Of a stretch of DNA of 64,000 nucleotides, positions 14,151 through 28,074 are shown one piece after another; the first letter of the stretch is position 1, and each line of letters begins with the position of its first letter. Source of the DNA: Eledone cirrhosa (taxonomy: Eukaryota); NCBI GenBank assembly GCA_964016885.1, contig OZ024745.1:98332001-98396000 (forward strand), read 5' to 3'. The notes below the pieces were generated by a model. That model searched no databases and was not told where the DNA came from. It saw only the letters and a program-made list of their open reading frames with translations. Made by a program: the position numbers and the translations under genes.

Positions 14151-14507
14151 AATATAATTTAGCGAGAATCGCATTTCGGCGGGTAGAAATTAGCGAAACG
14201 CAACTTCCATATTGTGGTGACAAGCGCTCGATGGAACTGAAGAAGATACCAGAGCTATAAACATAAGTTAAAAAGGTCATACACGCTGAGACGATGGTTT
14301 AGAAGCCATTAACCACCATAGCCAAAAAAGCGAACATATATATATATATATTGGTAAAAGGAAAAGAAAATGCATTTTCTTTTCCTTTTACCAATATATC
14401 ATAACTCGTGTGTTACACCTCTATTCTTTTAAATATATATATATAATACAATCGGTACAGTATATGGAAGGAATATATTAGGTTAACGCTTGAAATAGCA
14501 GGAAGAG

Positions 14508-14547
14508 GGTCTTAACGTTTCGGACGCTAGTCCTTCATCAGAAGAAA
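14508..14547 (-). ncRNA. Minimal type I hammerhead ribozyme
   Basis: Minus strand TCTT-CTGATGA-A-GGAC-TAGC-GTCC-GAAAC-GTT-AAGA; stem I TCTT/AAGA; palindromic stem III. Confidence 0.72.
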
Positions 14548-14749
14548 CAATGAGAAATAAGATAGATTGAAGGGACGGGCGGGTTGGAATTGGAAATTAA
14601 GTCTTTAGATAAAAACAACAGGTCCATTCATATTGACATCGCTTGGAAAACTGTTGATGCTGGCGTTTTGTGTATGATTTATTTTTTAGAAAAGTGAAAT
14701 GGAAAAAAACCGTTTTGTTAAAAGAGCTATACTTGTGCGCGTGCGTATG

Positions 14750-14807
<58 letters not shown>

Positions 14808-15159
14808 TTATTATACGTCCGTACGAAGCTAAGAAGAAATGTGTGTGCATATGTAAGTAAAAGAATGTGTGTGTGTGCTTGTTTCCTACACATTGTCAAG
14901 TTACCGTACCCTAGTAATAAAATTAGCATATCCTAAAGGACTCAAATTTTCAAAAGCCTCGCGTTAAATGTGTTTATACTATAGTACTATACTGCGTTTT
15001 GGTTTTATGGACGATTGAACGTTTAAGGTTAATCCAATACTCCAGAAGTTACCCAGTGGCAATTTTTCAAAAAGATATTTTCACCCAATATACACCCCAC
15101 CCTACACACCGTACCACATCCTCCCAATTCCGTCCACTATGTCGGTGACACAACAAAAA

Positions 15160-15391
15160 GCATCCAGTTCACACTGTAAAGTGGTCGTGTAGGAGACACG
15201 GTAAAAAGACTCCCAGTCCACACTGTAAAAGTGGTTGGTGTTAGGAAGGGCATCCAGCCGTAGAAAACCTGCCTGGGACACTTCCGTACGAGCGAGAAAC
15301 GGTCTCCCGACCATTCCGGCATCAAATGGAACAAAACCGTCTAACCCATGTTAGCGTAGAAGATGGACGTTAAACGATGATGATGATGATA
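15160..15391 (+). mobile_element. RTE-derived bipartite SINE-like element with (GAT)n tail
   Basis: GTGGTTGGTGTTAGGAAGGGCATCCAGCCGTAGAAAACC ... AACCCATG...GGACGTTAAACGATGATGATGAT, resembling RTE 5' and 3' UTR pieces. Confidence 0.55.
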
Positions 15392-16231
15392 TTTACCATC
15401 ACTCGGTTTCGTTCAGTAGTTTGAATTTACACTCCACGACAGCATTGAAGGTACTTCTGAATTATTCCCATTGACCAATCATTGCCCAGACTCTAAACAC
15501 CGTGGAAATCGATGGAGCTCGGCGCGAAGTTCATATTCTGACTAATTTTTCGCCTTCAGTTTTAGGCGTAACATGCAACAACAGAAGCTGTATTAAATGT
15601 TTTTAACAAGTTTTATTAGTACCCTTGATACTGTCGCGGATTGTTAGATCTTTGACAGCATCTGACAAAGAGGAAATTTTAAAGTACAGATGAACAGGGA
15701 GAATAACAACTGACAAACTTTCAATTATGTTGATGTTTTCTCTTTGCTTTGTATTTCATTTCTTGAGAGAATTATTCTCCTCTGAATTAAGCTATTTGAT
15801 TGGGGATACGATAATTAAGAAATATAAAATACAGATCGTTAATTTCAAAATAGTAGAAAGAAACTATATTAGTATTTTAATAAACAAAACAGGCCTACTT
15901 TAAATGTTCTCAACTTCGGGCTGATTTTAATTATAATTGAAAAAAGAATATGTGCAGATCCAGATTCAGAGAATTTACCCCAGGCTAGGAACACTCGGAA
16001 CACTTCCAAAATCCAATACACTTTATATTAACAAATTACAATAATCGAATTGAATGGCATCAGTAAATAAGCAGATTTATTTTCTGTGGGACGTTAATCA
16101 ATAGACTTACATTTCTATTTCTCTATTTCGATAACATTAAACCCGTCATACAACAATTAAGCCTAATTTATTTCAAATTTCTCATAAATAAAAGCCAGCT
16201 GAATAAATCCGATTATTACTACATGTTATTG

Positions 16232-16380
16232 AGGGCGGTGGATTGGCAGTATCGGTAGAGCGTCGGACAAACTTTGTGGCATATAGTTTCGGCCCTTTTC
16301 GTTCTAAGTTCAAACCCCGCCGAGGTTAGCTTTGCCTTTCATTCTTAAGGAGGCGATAAAATAAAGTACTAGTAACGCAC
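16232..16380 (+). mobile_element. SINE family 1 copy (3'-incomplete)
   Basis: GGGCGGTGGATTGGCAGTATCGGTAGAGCGTCGGAC...GTTCAAACCCCGCCGAGG. Confidence 0.75.
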
Positions 16381-16435
16381 AGTCTTCTTCCTCCAAATTC
16401 TTCTTCTGAATGCTTGTTTGTTTGACTACTGTGTA

Positions 16436-19400
16436 CATATATTAACCAAGTGTAAAGGTGGTGTTACATCTATTAACCAAGTGTAAAGGTGGTGTTACAT
16501 CTATTAACCAAGTATAAAGGTGGTGTTACATCTATTAACCAAGTGTAAAGGTGGTGTTACATCTATTAACCAAGTATAAAGGTGGTGTTACATCTATTAA
16601 CCAAGTGTAAAGGTGGTGTTACATATATTAACCAAGTGTAAAGGTGGTGTTACATCTATTAACCAAGTATAAAGGTGGTGTTACATCTATTAACCAAGTG
16701 TAAAGGTGGTGTTACATCTATTAACCAAGTGTAAATGTAGTGTTACATATATTAACCAAGTGTAAAGGTGGTGTTACATCTATTAACCAAGTATAAAGGT
16801 GGTGTTACATCTATTAACCAAGTGTAAAGGTGGTGTTACATATATTAACCAAGTGTAAAGGTGGTGTTACATCTATTAACCAAGTGTAAAGGTGGTGTTA
16901 CATCTATTAACCAAGTGTAAAGGTGGTGTTACATATATTAACCAAGTGTAAAGGTGGTGTTACATCTATTAACCAAGTGTAAAGGTGGTGTTACATCTAT
17001 TAACCAAGTGAAAAGGTGGTGTTACATCTATTAACCAAGTGTAAAGGTGGTGTTACATCTATTAACCAAGTATAAAGGTGGTGTTACATCTATTAACCAA
17101 GTGTAAAGGTGGTGTTACATCTATTAACCAATTGTAAAGGTGGTGTTACATATATTAACCAATTGTAAAGGTGGTGTTACATATATTAACCAAGTGTAAA
17201 GGTGGTGTTACATCTATTAACCAAGTATAAAGGTGGTGTTACATATATTAATCAAGTGTAAAGGTGGTGTTACATCAAATACAAGTATAAAGGTGGTGTT
17301 ACATATATTAACCAAGTGTAAAGGTGGTGTTACATATATTAACCAAGTATAAAGGTGGTGTTACATCTATTAACCAAGTGTAAAGGTGGTGTTACATATA
17401 TTAACCAAGTGTAAAGGTGGTGTTACATATATTAACCAAGTGTAAAGGTGGTGTTACATATATTAACCAAGTGTAAAGGTCGTGTTACATATATTAACCA
17501 AGTGTAAAGGTGGTGTTACATCTATTAACCAAGTGTAAAGGTGGTGTTACATCTATTAACCAAGTGGAAAGGTGGTGTTACATCTATTAACCAAGTATAA
17601 AGGTGGTGTTACATATATTAACCAAGTGTAAAGGTGGTGTTACATCAAATACAAGTATAAAGGTGGTGTTACATCTATTAACCAAGTGTAAAGGTGGTGT
17701 TACATCTATTAACCAAGTGTAAAGGTGGTGTTACATCAAATACAAGTATAAAGGTGGTGTTACATATATTAACTAAGTGTAAAGGTGGTGTTACATATAT
17801 TAACCAAGTGTAAAGGTGGTGTTACATCAAATACAAGTATAAAGGTGGTGTTACATATATTAACCAAGTGTAAAGGTGGTGTTACATATATTAACCAAGT
17901 GTAAAGGTGGTGTTACATCAAATACAAGTATAAAGGTGGTGTTACATATATTAACCAAGTATAAAGGTGGTGTTACGTCTATTAACCAAGTGTAAAGGTG
18001 ATGTTACATATATTAACCAAGTGTAAAGGTCGTGTTACATATATTAACCAAGTGTAAAGGTGGTGTTACATCTATTAACCAAGTGTAAAGGTGGTGTTAC
18101 ATATATTAACCAAGTGTAAAGGTGGTGTTACATCAAATACAAGTATAAAGGTGGTGTTACATATATTAACCAAGTGTAAAGGTCGTGTTACATATATTAA
18201 CCAAGTGTAAAGGTGGTGTTACATCTATTAATCAAGTGTAAAGGTGGTGTTACATCAAATACAAGTATAAAGGTGGTGTTACATCTATTAACCAAGTGTA
18301 AAGGTGGTGTTACATCTATTAACCAAGTGTAAAGGTGGTGTTACATCAAATACAAGTTTAAAGGTGGTGTTACATATATTAACCAAGTGTAAAGGTGGTG
18401 TTACATCAAATACAAGTATAAAGGTGGTGTTACATATATTAACCAAGTGTAAATGTGGTGTTACATCAAATACAAGTATAAAGGTGGTGTTACATATATT
18501 AACCAAGTGTAAAGGTGGTGTTACATATATTAACCAAGTGTAAAGGTGGTGTTACATCAAATACAAGTATAAAGGTGGTGTTACATATATTAACCAAGTA
18601 TAAATGTGGTGTTACATCTATTAACCAAGTGTAAAGGTGATGTTACATATATTAACCAAGTGTAAAGGTCGTGTTACATATATTAACCAAGTGTAAAGGT
18701 GGTGTTACATCTATTAACCAAGTGTAAAGGTGATGTTACATATATTAACCAAGTGTAAAGGTCGTGTTACATATATTAACCAAGTGTAAAGGTGGTGTTA
18801 CATATATTAACCAAGTGTAAAGGTGGTGTTACATCAAATACAAGTATAAAGGTGATGTTACATATATTAACCAAGTATAAAGGTGGTGTTACATCTATTA
18901 ACCAAGTGTAAAGGTGATGTTACATATATTAACCAAGTGTAAAGGTCGTGTTACATATATTAACCAAGTGTAAAGGTGGTGTTACATATATTAACCAAGT
19001 GTAAAGGTGGTGTTACATCAAATACAAGTATAAAGGTGGTGTTACATATATTAACCAAGTGTAAAGGTCGTGTTACATATATTAACCAAGTGTAAAGGTG
19101 GTGTTACATCTATTAACCAAGCGTAAAGGTGGTGTTACATCTATTAACCAAGTGTAAAGGTGGTGTTACATATATTAACCAAGTGTAAAGGTGGTGTTAC
19201 ATCTATTAACCAAGTATAAAGGTGGTGTTACATATATTAACCATGTGTAAAGGTGGTGTTACATCAAATACAAGTATAAAGGTGGTGTTACATATATTAA
19301 CCAAGTGTAAAGGTGGTGTTACATATATTAACCAAGTATAAAGGTGGTGTTACATCTATTAACCAAGTGTAAAGGTGGTGTTACATATATTAACCAAGTG

Positions 19401-22400
19401 TAAAGGTGGTGTTACATATATTAACCAAGTGTAAAGGTGGTGTTACATATATTAACCAAGTGTAAAGGTCGTGTTACATATATTAACCAAGTGTAAAGGT
19501 GGTGTTACATCTATTAACCAAGTGTAAAGGTGGTGTTACATCTATTAACCAAGTGGAAAGGTGGTGTTACATCTATTAACCAAGTATAAAGGTGGTGTTA
19601 CATATATTAACCAAGTGTAAAGGTGGTGTTACATCAAATACAAGTATAAAGGTTGTGTTACATCTATTAACCAAGTGTAAAGGTGGTGTTACATCTATTA
19701 ACCAAGTGTAAAGGTGGTGTTACATCAAATACAAGTATAAAGGTGGTGTTACATATATTAACTAAGTGTAAAGGTGGTGTTACATATATTAACCAAGTGT
19801 AAAGGTGGTGTTACATCAAATACAAGTATAAAGGTGGTGTTACATATATTAACCAAGTGTAAAGGTGGTGTTACATATATTAACCAAGTGTAAAGGTGGT
19901 GTTACATCAAATACAAGTATAAAGGTGGTGTTACATATATTAACCAAGTATAAAGGTGGTGTTACATCTATTAACCAAGTGTAAAGGTGATGTTACATAT
20001 ATTAACCAAGTGTAAAGGTCGTGTTACATATATTAACCAAGTGTAAAGGTGGTGTTACATCTATTAACCAAGTGTAAAGGGGGTGTTACATATATTAACC
20101 AAGTGTAAAGGTGGTGTTACATCAAATACAAGTATAAAGGTGGTGTTACATATATTAACCAAGTGTAAAGGTCGTGTTACATATATTAACCAAGTGTAAA
20201 GGTGGTGTTACATCTATTAACCAAGTGTAAAGGTGGTGTTACATCAAATACAAGTATAAAGGTGGTGTTACATCTATTAACCAAGTGTAAAGGTGGTGTT
20301 ACATCTATTAACCAAGTGTAAAGGTGGTGTTACATCAAATACAAGTTTAAAGGTGGTGTTACATATATTAACCAAGTGTAAAGGTGGTGTTACATCAAAT
20401 ACAAGTATAAAGGTGGTGTTACATATATTAACCAAGTGTAAAGGTGGTGTTACATCAAATACAAGTATAAAGGTGGTGTTACATATATTAACCAAGTGTA
20501 AAGGTGGTGTTACATATATTAACCAAGTGTAAAGGTGGTGTTACATCAAATACAAGTATAAAGGTGGTGTTACATATATTAACCAAGTATAAAGGTGGTG
20601 TTACATCTATTAACCAAGTGTAAAGGTGATGTTACATATATTAACCAAGTGTAAAGGTCGTGTTACATATATTAACCAAGTGTAAAGGTGGTGTTACATC
20701 TATTAACCAAGTGTAAAGGTGATGTTACATATATTAACCAAGTGTAAAGGTCGTGTTACATATATTAACCAAGTGTAAAGGTGGTGTTACATATATTAAC
20801 CAAGTGTAAAGGTGGTGTTACATCAAATACAAGTATAAAGGTGATGTTACATATATTAACCAAGTATAAAGGTGGTGTTACATCTATTAACCAAGTGTAA
20901 AGGTGATGTTACATATATTAACCAAGTGTAAAGGTCGTGTTACATATATTAACCAAGTGTAAAGGTGGTGTTACATATATTAACCAAGTGTAAAGGCGGT
21001 GTTACATATATTAACCAAGTGTAAAGGTGGTGTTACATCAAATACAAGTATAAAGGTGGTGTTACATATATTAACCAAGTGTAAAGGTCGTGTTACATAT
21101 ATTAACCAAGTGTAAAGGTGGTGTTACATCTATTAACCAAGTGTAAAGGTGGTGTTACATCAAATACAAGTATAAAGGTGGTGTTACATCTATTAACCAA
21201 GTGTAAAGGTGGTGTTACATCTATTAACCAAGTGTAAAGGTGGTGTTACATCAAATACAAGTTTAAAGGTGGTGTTACATATATTAACCAAGTGTAAAGG
21301 TGGTGTTACATCAAATACAAGTATAAAGGTGGTGTTACATATATTAACCAAGTGTAAAGGTGGTGTTACATCAAATACAAGTATAAAGGTGGTGTTACAT
21401 ATATTAACCAAGTGTAAAGGTGGTGTTACATATATTAACCAAGTGTAAAGGTGGTGTTACATCAAATACAAGTATAAAGGTGGTGTTACATATATTAACC
21501 AAGTATAAAGGTGGTGTTACATCTATTAACCAAGTGTAAAGGTGATGTTACATATATTAACCAAGTGTAAAGGTCGTGTTACATATATTAACCAAGTGTA
21601 AAGGTGGTGTTACATCTATTAACCAAGTGTAAAGGTGATGTTACATATATTAACCAAGTGTAAAGGTCGTGTTACATATATTAACCAAGTGTAAAGGTGG
21701 TGTTACATATATTAACCAAGTGTAAAGGTGGTGTTACATCAAATACAAGTATAAAGGTGATGTTACATATATTAACCAAGTATAAAGGTGGTGTTACATC
21801 TATTAACCAAGTGTAAAGGTGATGTTACATATATTAACCAAGTGTAAAGGTCGTGTTACATATATTAACCAAGTGTAAAGGTGGTGTTACATATATTAAC
21901 CAAGTGTAAAGGCGGTGTTACATATATTAACCAAGTGTAAAGGTGGTGTTACATCAAATACAAGTATAAAGGTGGTGTTACATATATTAACCAAGTGTAA
22001 AGGTCGTGTTACATATATTAACCAAGTGTAAAGGTGGTGTTACATCTATTAACCAAGTGTAAAGGTGGTGTTACATCTATTAACCAAGTGTAACGGTGGT
22101 GTTACATATTTTAACTAAGTGTAAAGGTGGTGTTACATCTATTAACCAAGTGTAAAGGTGGTGTTACATATATTAACCAAGTGTAAAGGTCGTGTTACAT
22201 ATATTAACCAAGTGTAAAGGTGGTGTTACATATATTAACCAAGTGTAAAGGTGGTGTTACATCAAATACAAGTATAAAGGTGGTGTTACATATATTAACC
22301 AAGTGTAAAGGTGGTGTTACATATATTAACCAAGTGTAAAGGTGGTGTTACATATATTAACCAAGTGTAAAGGTCGTGTTACATATATTAACCAAGTGTA

Positions 22401-22575
22401 AAGGTGGTGTTACATCTATTAACCAAGTGTAAAGGTGGTGTTACATATATTAACCAAGTGTAAAGGTGGTGTTACATATATTAACCAAATGTAAAGGTCG
22501 TGTTACATCAAATACAAGTGTAAAGGTGGTGTTACATATATTAACCAAGTGTAAAGGTGGTGTTACATCAAATAA
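16436..22575. repeat. 31/29-bp minisatellite array (ATTAACCAAGTGTAAAGGTGGTGTTACAT[C/A]T and CAAATACAAGTATAAAGGTGGTGTTACAT)
   Basis: Tandem units read directly; the same variant cassette recurs at 18288, 20277 and 21193. Confidence 0.97.
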
Positions 22576-23099
22576 ACAAGGAAACAACTTGTCCTGGTAC
22601 TATCGTGGTTGATTGTATAGCTGATATCGTTGTTGTTTATCCCTAGAACGGCTCTGATTGAACAGACCTATGATCAAAGCCATTACAACCATAACCATCC
22701 CTTTTTTGGTGGTATGTAGAACTATAGTAACTATTGTCCTTTCCCTATTTAAGATGCCAAGGTGTGGCTTGGGGGAGATTTGGCTACTATTTATAATAGG
22801 AAAAGCAACCACGTAGAGGCTCGTACGTTGATTTGTAATGCTCTTGTATTTATATTTGGCAGAATATTTGATAGGGTTGTTTCACCATTATTCCTTAAGT
22901 GGAAAAGGGTGTATGTATTCGACTTCAGATATAACGTATAGTAGTCTCTACGTCTGTGGAATATAGTTTTTAACATCATGTCGCATAGGAAGGCGATACC
23001 TTACAGTTTCGGGCAACTACCGTCTATCACACATGTAGTAGTGTTTTTGATAAATATGTCACAAGATGATGGTTTGTTAGACATATATGTTGTTATTAT

Positions 23100-23670
23100 C
23101 TCCGTTCTTCGGATCCGAGTCCATGGTGAAGATCGACCCACTGCCTTCTTTTGGCCAGGAAGGGCAGGCAATTTTCCTCTGTCTGGTGTCAGTAGCCAAA
23201 GAGGTTGTATGGTGAACCACGTTGAAAGGACTGAAAACAGACACTTTTCTCTTCGGCTAATCCCTCAACTTTTTCAAATTTCACTTGGAAAGGAAGGTGA
23301 GGGTGGAGAGAGAAGTGCTGCCACCCCAGTACATTTGCTGAAAGGTGGGTGAATGTGGCGAGAATGACCCATGTGAGTGGGCTTACTCTGATCATGCGCC
23401 TGTGGGTTGGTGAATTTGATGAGGAGATGGGTGCCCTTCCCGGGTGCTCTCTAGGCGTCGGGTAGTTCAGGATTGGTGGAGTACCTGAGTTAACTCTGGG
23501 TGGTTATCCCCTCCTATTGGGGAATTTTTCATTGTTGTATTGTTCTTGTTATTTTGTTATTGTTATTTATAGTTTTACACGTTTTATATGTAAACCCCAA
23601 CTATCCCTGTCAAGAGTATCATCCCCTATATGTCGGCCCTTGTGGCCAATAAATGAAACCATTATCTCCG
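23100..23670 (+). mobile_element. Diverged 3' fragment of L1/Tx1-like LINE
   Basis: Encodes RKVRVEREVL..ERWVNVARMTHVSGLTL, homologous to the C-terminus of the 51552-52163 ORF; 3' end GCCCTTGTGGCCAATAAATGAAAC resembles the other copies. Confidence 0.65.
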
Positions 23671-24576
23671 TTCATGGATATTGTAAAGGGTGTGTCACAT
23701 AGTGGTCTGAACGCAAGTGAGGCTATTGATGTTGGCGGAGGGTGTTTCTCCTGGAATATTTTCTTATACTGATGTCTTACTGAAGAATGCATTCCCGACC
23801 CACACCATGTTGCACGCGTCACTTCATTGGTGCGTTTGTTTTACCACGGTTGTTTACACGTTCCCTGCCTTATCTAACCGTATAACACTCAAAGTCTATT
23901 TAAACTGATTCTAAGCTTCACTCAAGTCTTTTTGTCTGTGAAATTGTCTGTATAAATGTCCATGGAAGCTGTGAGTTTTGTAAAAGAGATGACAGACCCC
24001 GTACTGCTGAGCTCTTCCGCAATATTGGAGCATCGGCGGCCCGTCTGAGAAGGGAGCTCCACGAGGTTGGGTGGCTGTTGCAGAGTGTGTCACTGGCCAT
24101 CGTCCGGGGGGGGGGGATGCTTTTGCCGTCTTGTCCGCGGGGCGCAGCACTCCTATCCCCTTGCCCTAGGCCCAAAGCCCAATCACTCTCCCCTCTCTTC
24201 TGCGAAACCAGAGCTCTTACCATCCCCTCCCTTTCTCGTTCTTTTTCTTCTTTCTTTCTCTCTTTTTTTCTCTATATTTCCCTATTCTTTCTTTCCTTTT
24301 GTTTCCCCGCTCCCCCTTTTTTTTTCTTACTAAATAAGATTTGTTTTTTTGCTTTTGAATAAATTTGAATGCTTTAATTTAGTGTCAAAAAATAAAAATC
24401 GTGAAATACTTATATTTGGCGTTCACATATGGCTACTGAGGTAGCGGCGACGTGATCACTACTTAAAATATATACAGCGAGACTTAAGTATGTTTATTAT
24501 ACACAAACATATATGTGTTTTAAATGTGGTTAGTCAGTTATTTCGGTATCGAAATTTCTTCTCAGTGTTTAGAGTT

Positions 24577-24761
24577 AATTGTTTCTACTTTAGGCACAAG
24601 GCCAGCAATTACCCAGTGCATTACTGGTACTTTATTTTATCGACCCCATAAGGATGAAAGGAAAAGTCAACCTCGGCGGGATTTGAACTCAGATCGTAAA
24701 GGGACGTAACTATGCTGGAAAGCATGGCGTCCGACCCTCTACTGATACTGCCAATCTACCA
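24577..24761 (-). mobile_element. SINE family 1 with 17-bp TSD
   Basis: TSD CAGTGTTTAGAGTTAAT at 24563-24579 and 24762-24778. Confidence 0.9.
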
Positions 24762-25177
24762 CAGTGTTTAGAGTTAATACTTTAAAGATATTAAACTAAC
24801 ATGGAAAGTTATTAAACTAAAGATATTAAACTAACATTTAAATGTTTGGAAGGTAGAATCTCTGTATATTTCACTCCATTCTTATTTTCCTAAGATGAAG
24901 TTAGTGTATGATGTATTTATTGTTTGCTACAAACCTTAAGATGCTATCTAAATATATGATCATTTGCGCGCAGGTTGTTGACATTTCCAACTCTATTTGT
25001 TATCCACCTAGGTGGCTTAGGTATCTCCTAAGTGTTGTTTCAGAGTGAGAGCAGCTGTATTCATGCTGGAATAGATTGTTCAATAGTTTTTATCACGTGT
25101 TTTTATATAACCAGTAGTGATATCACCGATAACCTTTAACACGACATCGGTTCCTTTTATCTCCTAATCTTGTAAAG

Positions 25178-25219
<42 letters not shown>

Positions 25220-25242
25220 TATATATATATATATATATACAG

Positions 25243-25297
<55 letters not shown>

Positions 25298-25370
25298 ATA
25301 TATATATATATATATAAATTTAAATATCTCTCTCTCTCTATATATATATATATATCTATCTATCTATCTA

Positions 25371-25509
<139 letters not shown>

Positions 25510-25538
25510 AAATAGTTCTAGTCCTGTAGAAGCTTTTC

Positions 25539-25589
<51 letters not shown>

Positions 25590-25860
25590 AAGATATATAT
25601 ACAAAATAATAATAATAAAAAAACAATAATAATAAAATGTTGTCTAAAGATAGTAGTAAGAATTCCGAAAACTACTTCTCCCTCTGTTTTTAGGTTGCCT
25701 GTATTCTAGTGTTTATCAGATCGTTTATAAATGTAGATATTTGAGTACCGAGTGGTTGTATCTGCGATGAGAGTGCTGCCCTGTCTGGTTTGTTTATATT
25801 TTTATCTTTCGCTTCTGAGGCAGATTTTCACTGCTTTCTTGGATGTCTTTTAAATATTGA

Positions 25861-26036
25861 AGGCCAGTAATTTGGGTGAGGGAGAGTCGATTAAATTGAC
25901 TCCAGTAGGTTACTGGTACTTTATTTTATCGACCCCGCAAGGATGAAAGGCAAAGTTAACCTCGGCGGGTTTTGAACTCTGACCGTAAAGGACCGTAACT
26001 CTATGCTGCAACGCATGGTGTCCGACTCTACCGCCC
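25861..26036 (-). mobile_element. SINE family 1 variant with 14-bp TSD
   Basis: CTTTTAAATATTGA on both sides; different 3' segment. Confidence 0.8.
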
Positions 26037-27205
26037 TTTTAAATATTGATGGCAAAATGGCAGAGCTATTAGAGCTTCGATATTTGTTCCGGTTCTCTGC
26101 AGCGGGGTTCAACTCCCGTTAAGGTCAACTTTGTATTTCATCATTTCGGAGTCGATAAATATATCACCAAATAATTGGTGAATTGGCGAGTGTTTTTTGT
26201 TTTGTTCTTTTTTCTTTGGGGTTTTATTTTTTAAAGAGTCGGGCAGGGTGTTTTGCAGTATAAGCTTCAGTTCTGTGTGTTCTGTGTTCAAATTCTACCT
26301 CCTTCTACTATGAGATGCGGCCAACAGATAATAGTTCCCCGTCTGGTCAGATGATTGGTTCCATTCTTTTTCAAAAATATATTGCCAGACATAACAAGAG
26401 TTGGAATAACACTAAATATCTGTTCTCAATAAATTTTCAGACAATTTGTGGAGGGGGAGAGAGATGGAGGCGATGACAGTGGGAGTTGGGCTCTTCCACG
26501 TTCGGACCATATCCTTGTGGTTGTATTTAATGTAGTTGCTATTTGTAGTTATTTTCACAAACCCTGAAAATAAGCCGCATGTTGTGGCAAGACAATTTAT
26601 TTCACCTTGCCCAAGTCCTCTCAGCTGCCAAAAATGAGTTTTACCTATGATACAATGTGTCACATTGAATCTCCCTCAGAACTATGCTAATAACTCAGCC
26701 ACTTACACTTCAATTTCACAAGTAGTCAGTTCCATTATTCGAACGGTGGAGCACACGCAGTTGAAATCGACGGAAATCAAATATACACACTCCTGCATAT
26801 ACGCGAATCGTCTTCTGCACAACGAAAAAACAATAATAGCTGCCTAGGGTTTAAGATTGTATGGATTTCATCCCAAACATTTTCTAACCACTTCATATAG
26901 CCGATAGAAAAATGTTCACGTGATCGCTATTTTTTCCTACGCAGTAACGGAATAGATCCTTCTTTAAATCAAAAGAGCATGTGAGGTGAACATAACACTT
27001 ACGGCATCTTTGATTACTAACAGATTTGGTAATATTCTCTCTAACTGTTGATGCAGTTATCGCTGTCAACTAGGAACATCAAAGCGAGATTGCATGCGTT
27101 TTTTTTAATCTTCAAATCAATCTACACACTCATACCTTTCCATATGTGTGTGTGTATATTTACATATATATATACACACATACACACACACATATATATA
27201 CAGTA

Positions 27206-27264
<59 letters not shown>

Positions 27265-27377
27265 GTATATATATATGTATGTATATGTGTATATATATAT
27301 ATATATGTGTATATATGTATATGTGTATATATATATATATATGCATATATATATACAAATATATATATATGTGTGTG

Positions 27378-27411
<34 letters not shown>

Positions 27412-27416
27412 CACAC

Positions 27417-27447
<31 letters not shown>

Positions 27448-27562
27448 CAGATATATATACGTATATATATACATACATATATACATATATTACTATCCAG
27501 CCAATTTTCAACCGTCAAGGTTGTTTTCCATGGTTATGTCACTATTTATAAAACAAATTTTG

Positions 27563-27627
27563 TATTTTATCTGATGAAAGCGCACCAAGATTGGCTTGGT
27601 TGCCCTTGAAATATATATAATAAAATA
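27563..27627 (+). ncRNA. Type I hammerhead ribozyme, family C copy 1
   Basis: Stem I TATTTTAT/ATAAAATA; core CTGATGA; stem II AAG-C-GCACCAAG/CTTGGTTGC-C-CTT; GAAA; AT-palindromic stem III; AUA triplet. Confidence 0.8.
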
Positions 27628-28018
27628 ATTATGGTTTTATAAACATAGTTTCCATTTATTAATATATGTAAATTTTCTAGTATTCTACTCTAACCATAAA
27701 TTCCTCAATCTAAGATTGACCTGTAGTATCGAATTTCATACTATAAACCCCAATTGAATATATATCTGACCAGGAATGCTTTTTGCTTTTTGTGAAAATC
27801 AGTCATATGGAACTATTATCATCTTGCCTGACGGTTTGAACTTTACAACACCACCTGCCTCTTTGAGGTCAAATACCAACCCTACTAGCATCTACAAACT
27901 GACCGAAGAGAATTAAGATTATTCCTACTGACAACATTAAATTATTCCTAACAAACTCATATATCCCAAGGCTCTGATACACCATAAACACAGAGCTGGC
28001 ATATCTAAGAACTGACTA

Positions 28019-28074
28019 ACTGCCTGATGAGGTCATAGCCACTCAATGGCTATCATCGAAATATATTTAGCAGT
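28019..28074 (+). ncRNA. Type I hammerhead ribozyme (D)
   Basis: Stem I ACTGC/GCAGT; CTGATGA; stem II GGT-C-ATAGCCA/TGGCTAT-C-ATC; GAAA; short stem III (AATATATT palindrome); UUA triplet. Confidence 0.8.

Noticed and set aside
15400-15720. Possible host exon or promoter in unique-looking sequence
   Set aside because: No sustained ORF or recognisable motif; cannot be supported without RNA-seq or homology
18288-21448. Repeated 72/79-aa ORFs with 20-aa periodicity
   Set aside because: Produced by alternating 31+29-bp satellite units (60 bp)
560-22575. CRISPR-like appearance of the two tandem arrays
   Set aside because: No unique spacers, no cas genes, and a eukaryotic context
23911-24240. GC-rich segment with short ORFs
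   Set aside because: Probably a TE fragment, but there are no diagnostic motifs to assign it
26412-26847. Short ORFs possibly from a transposase or host exon
   Set aside because: No recognisable domain motifs
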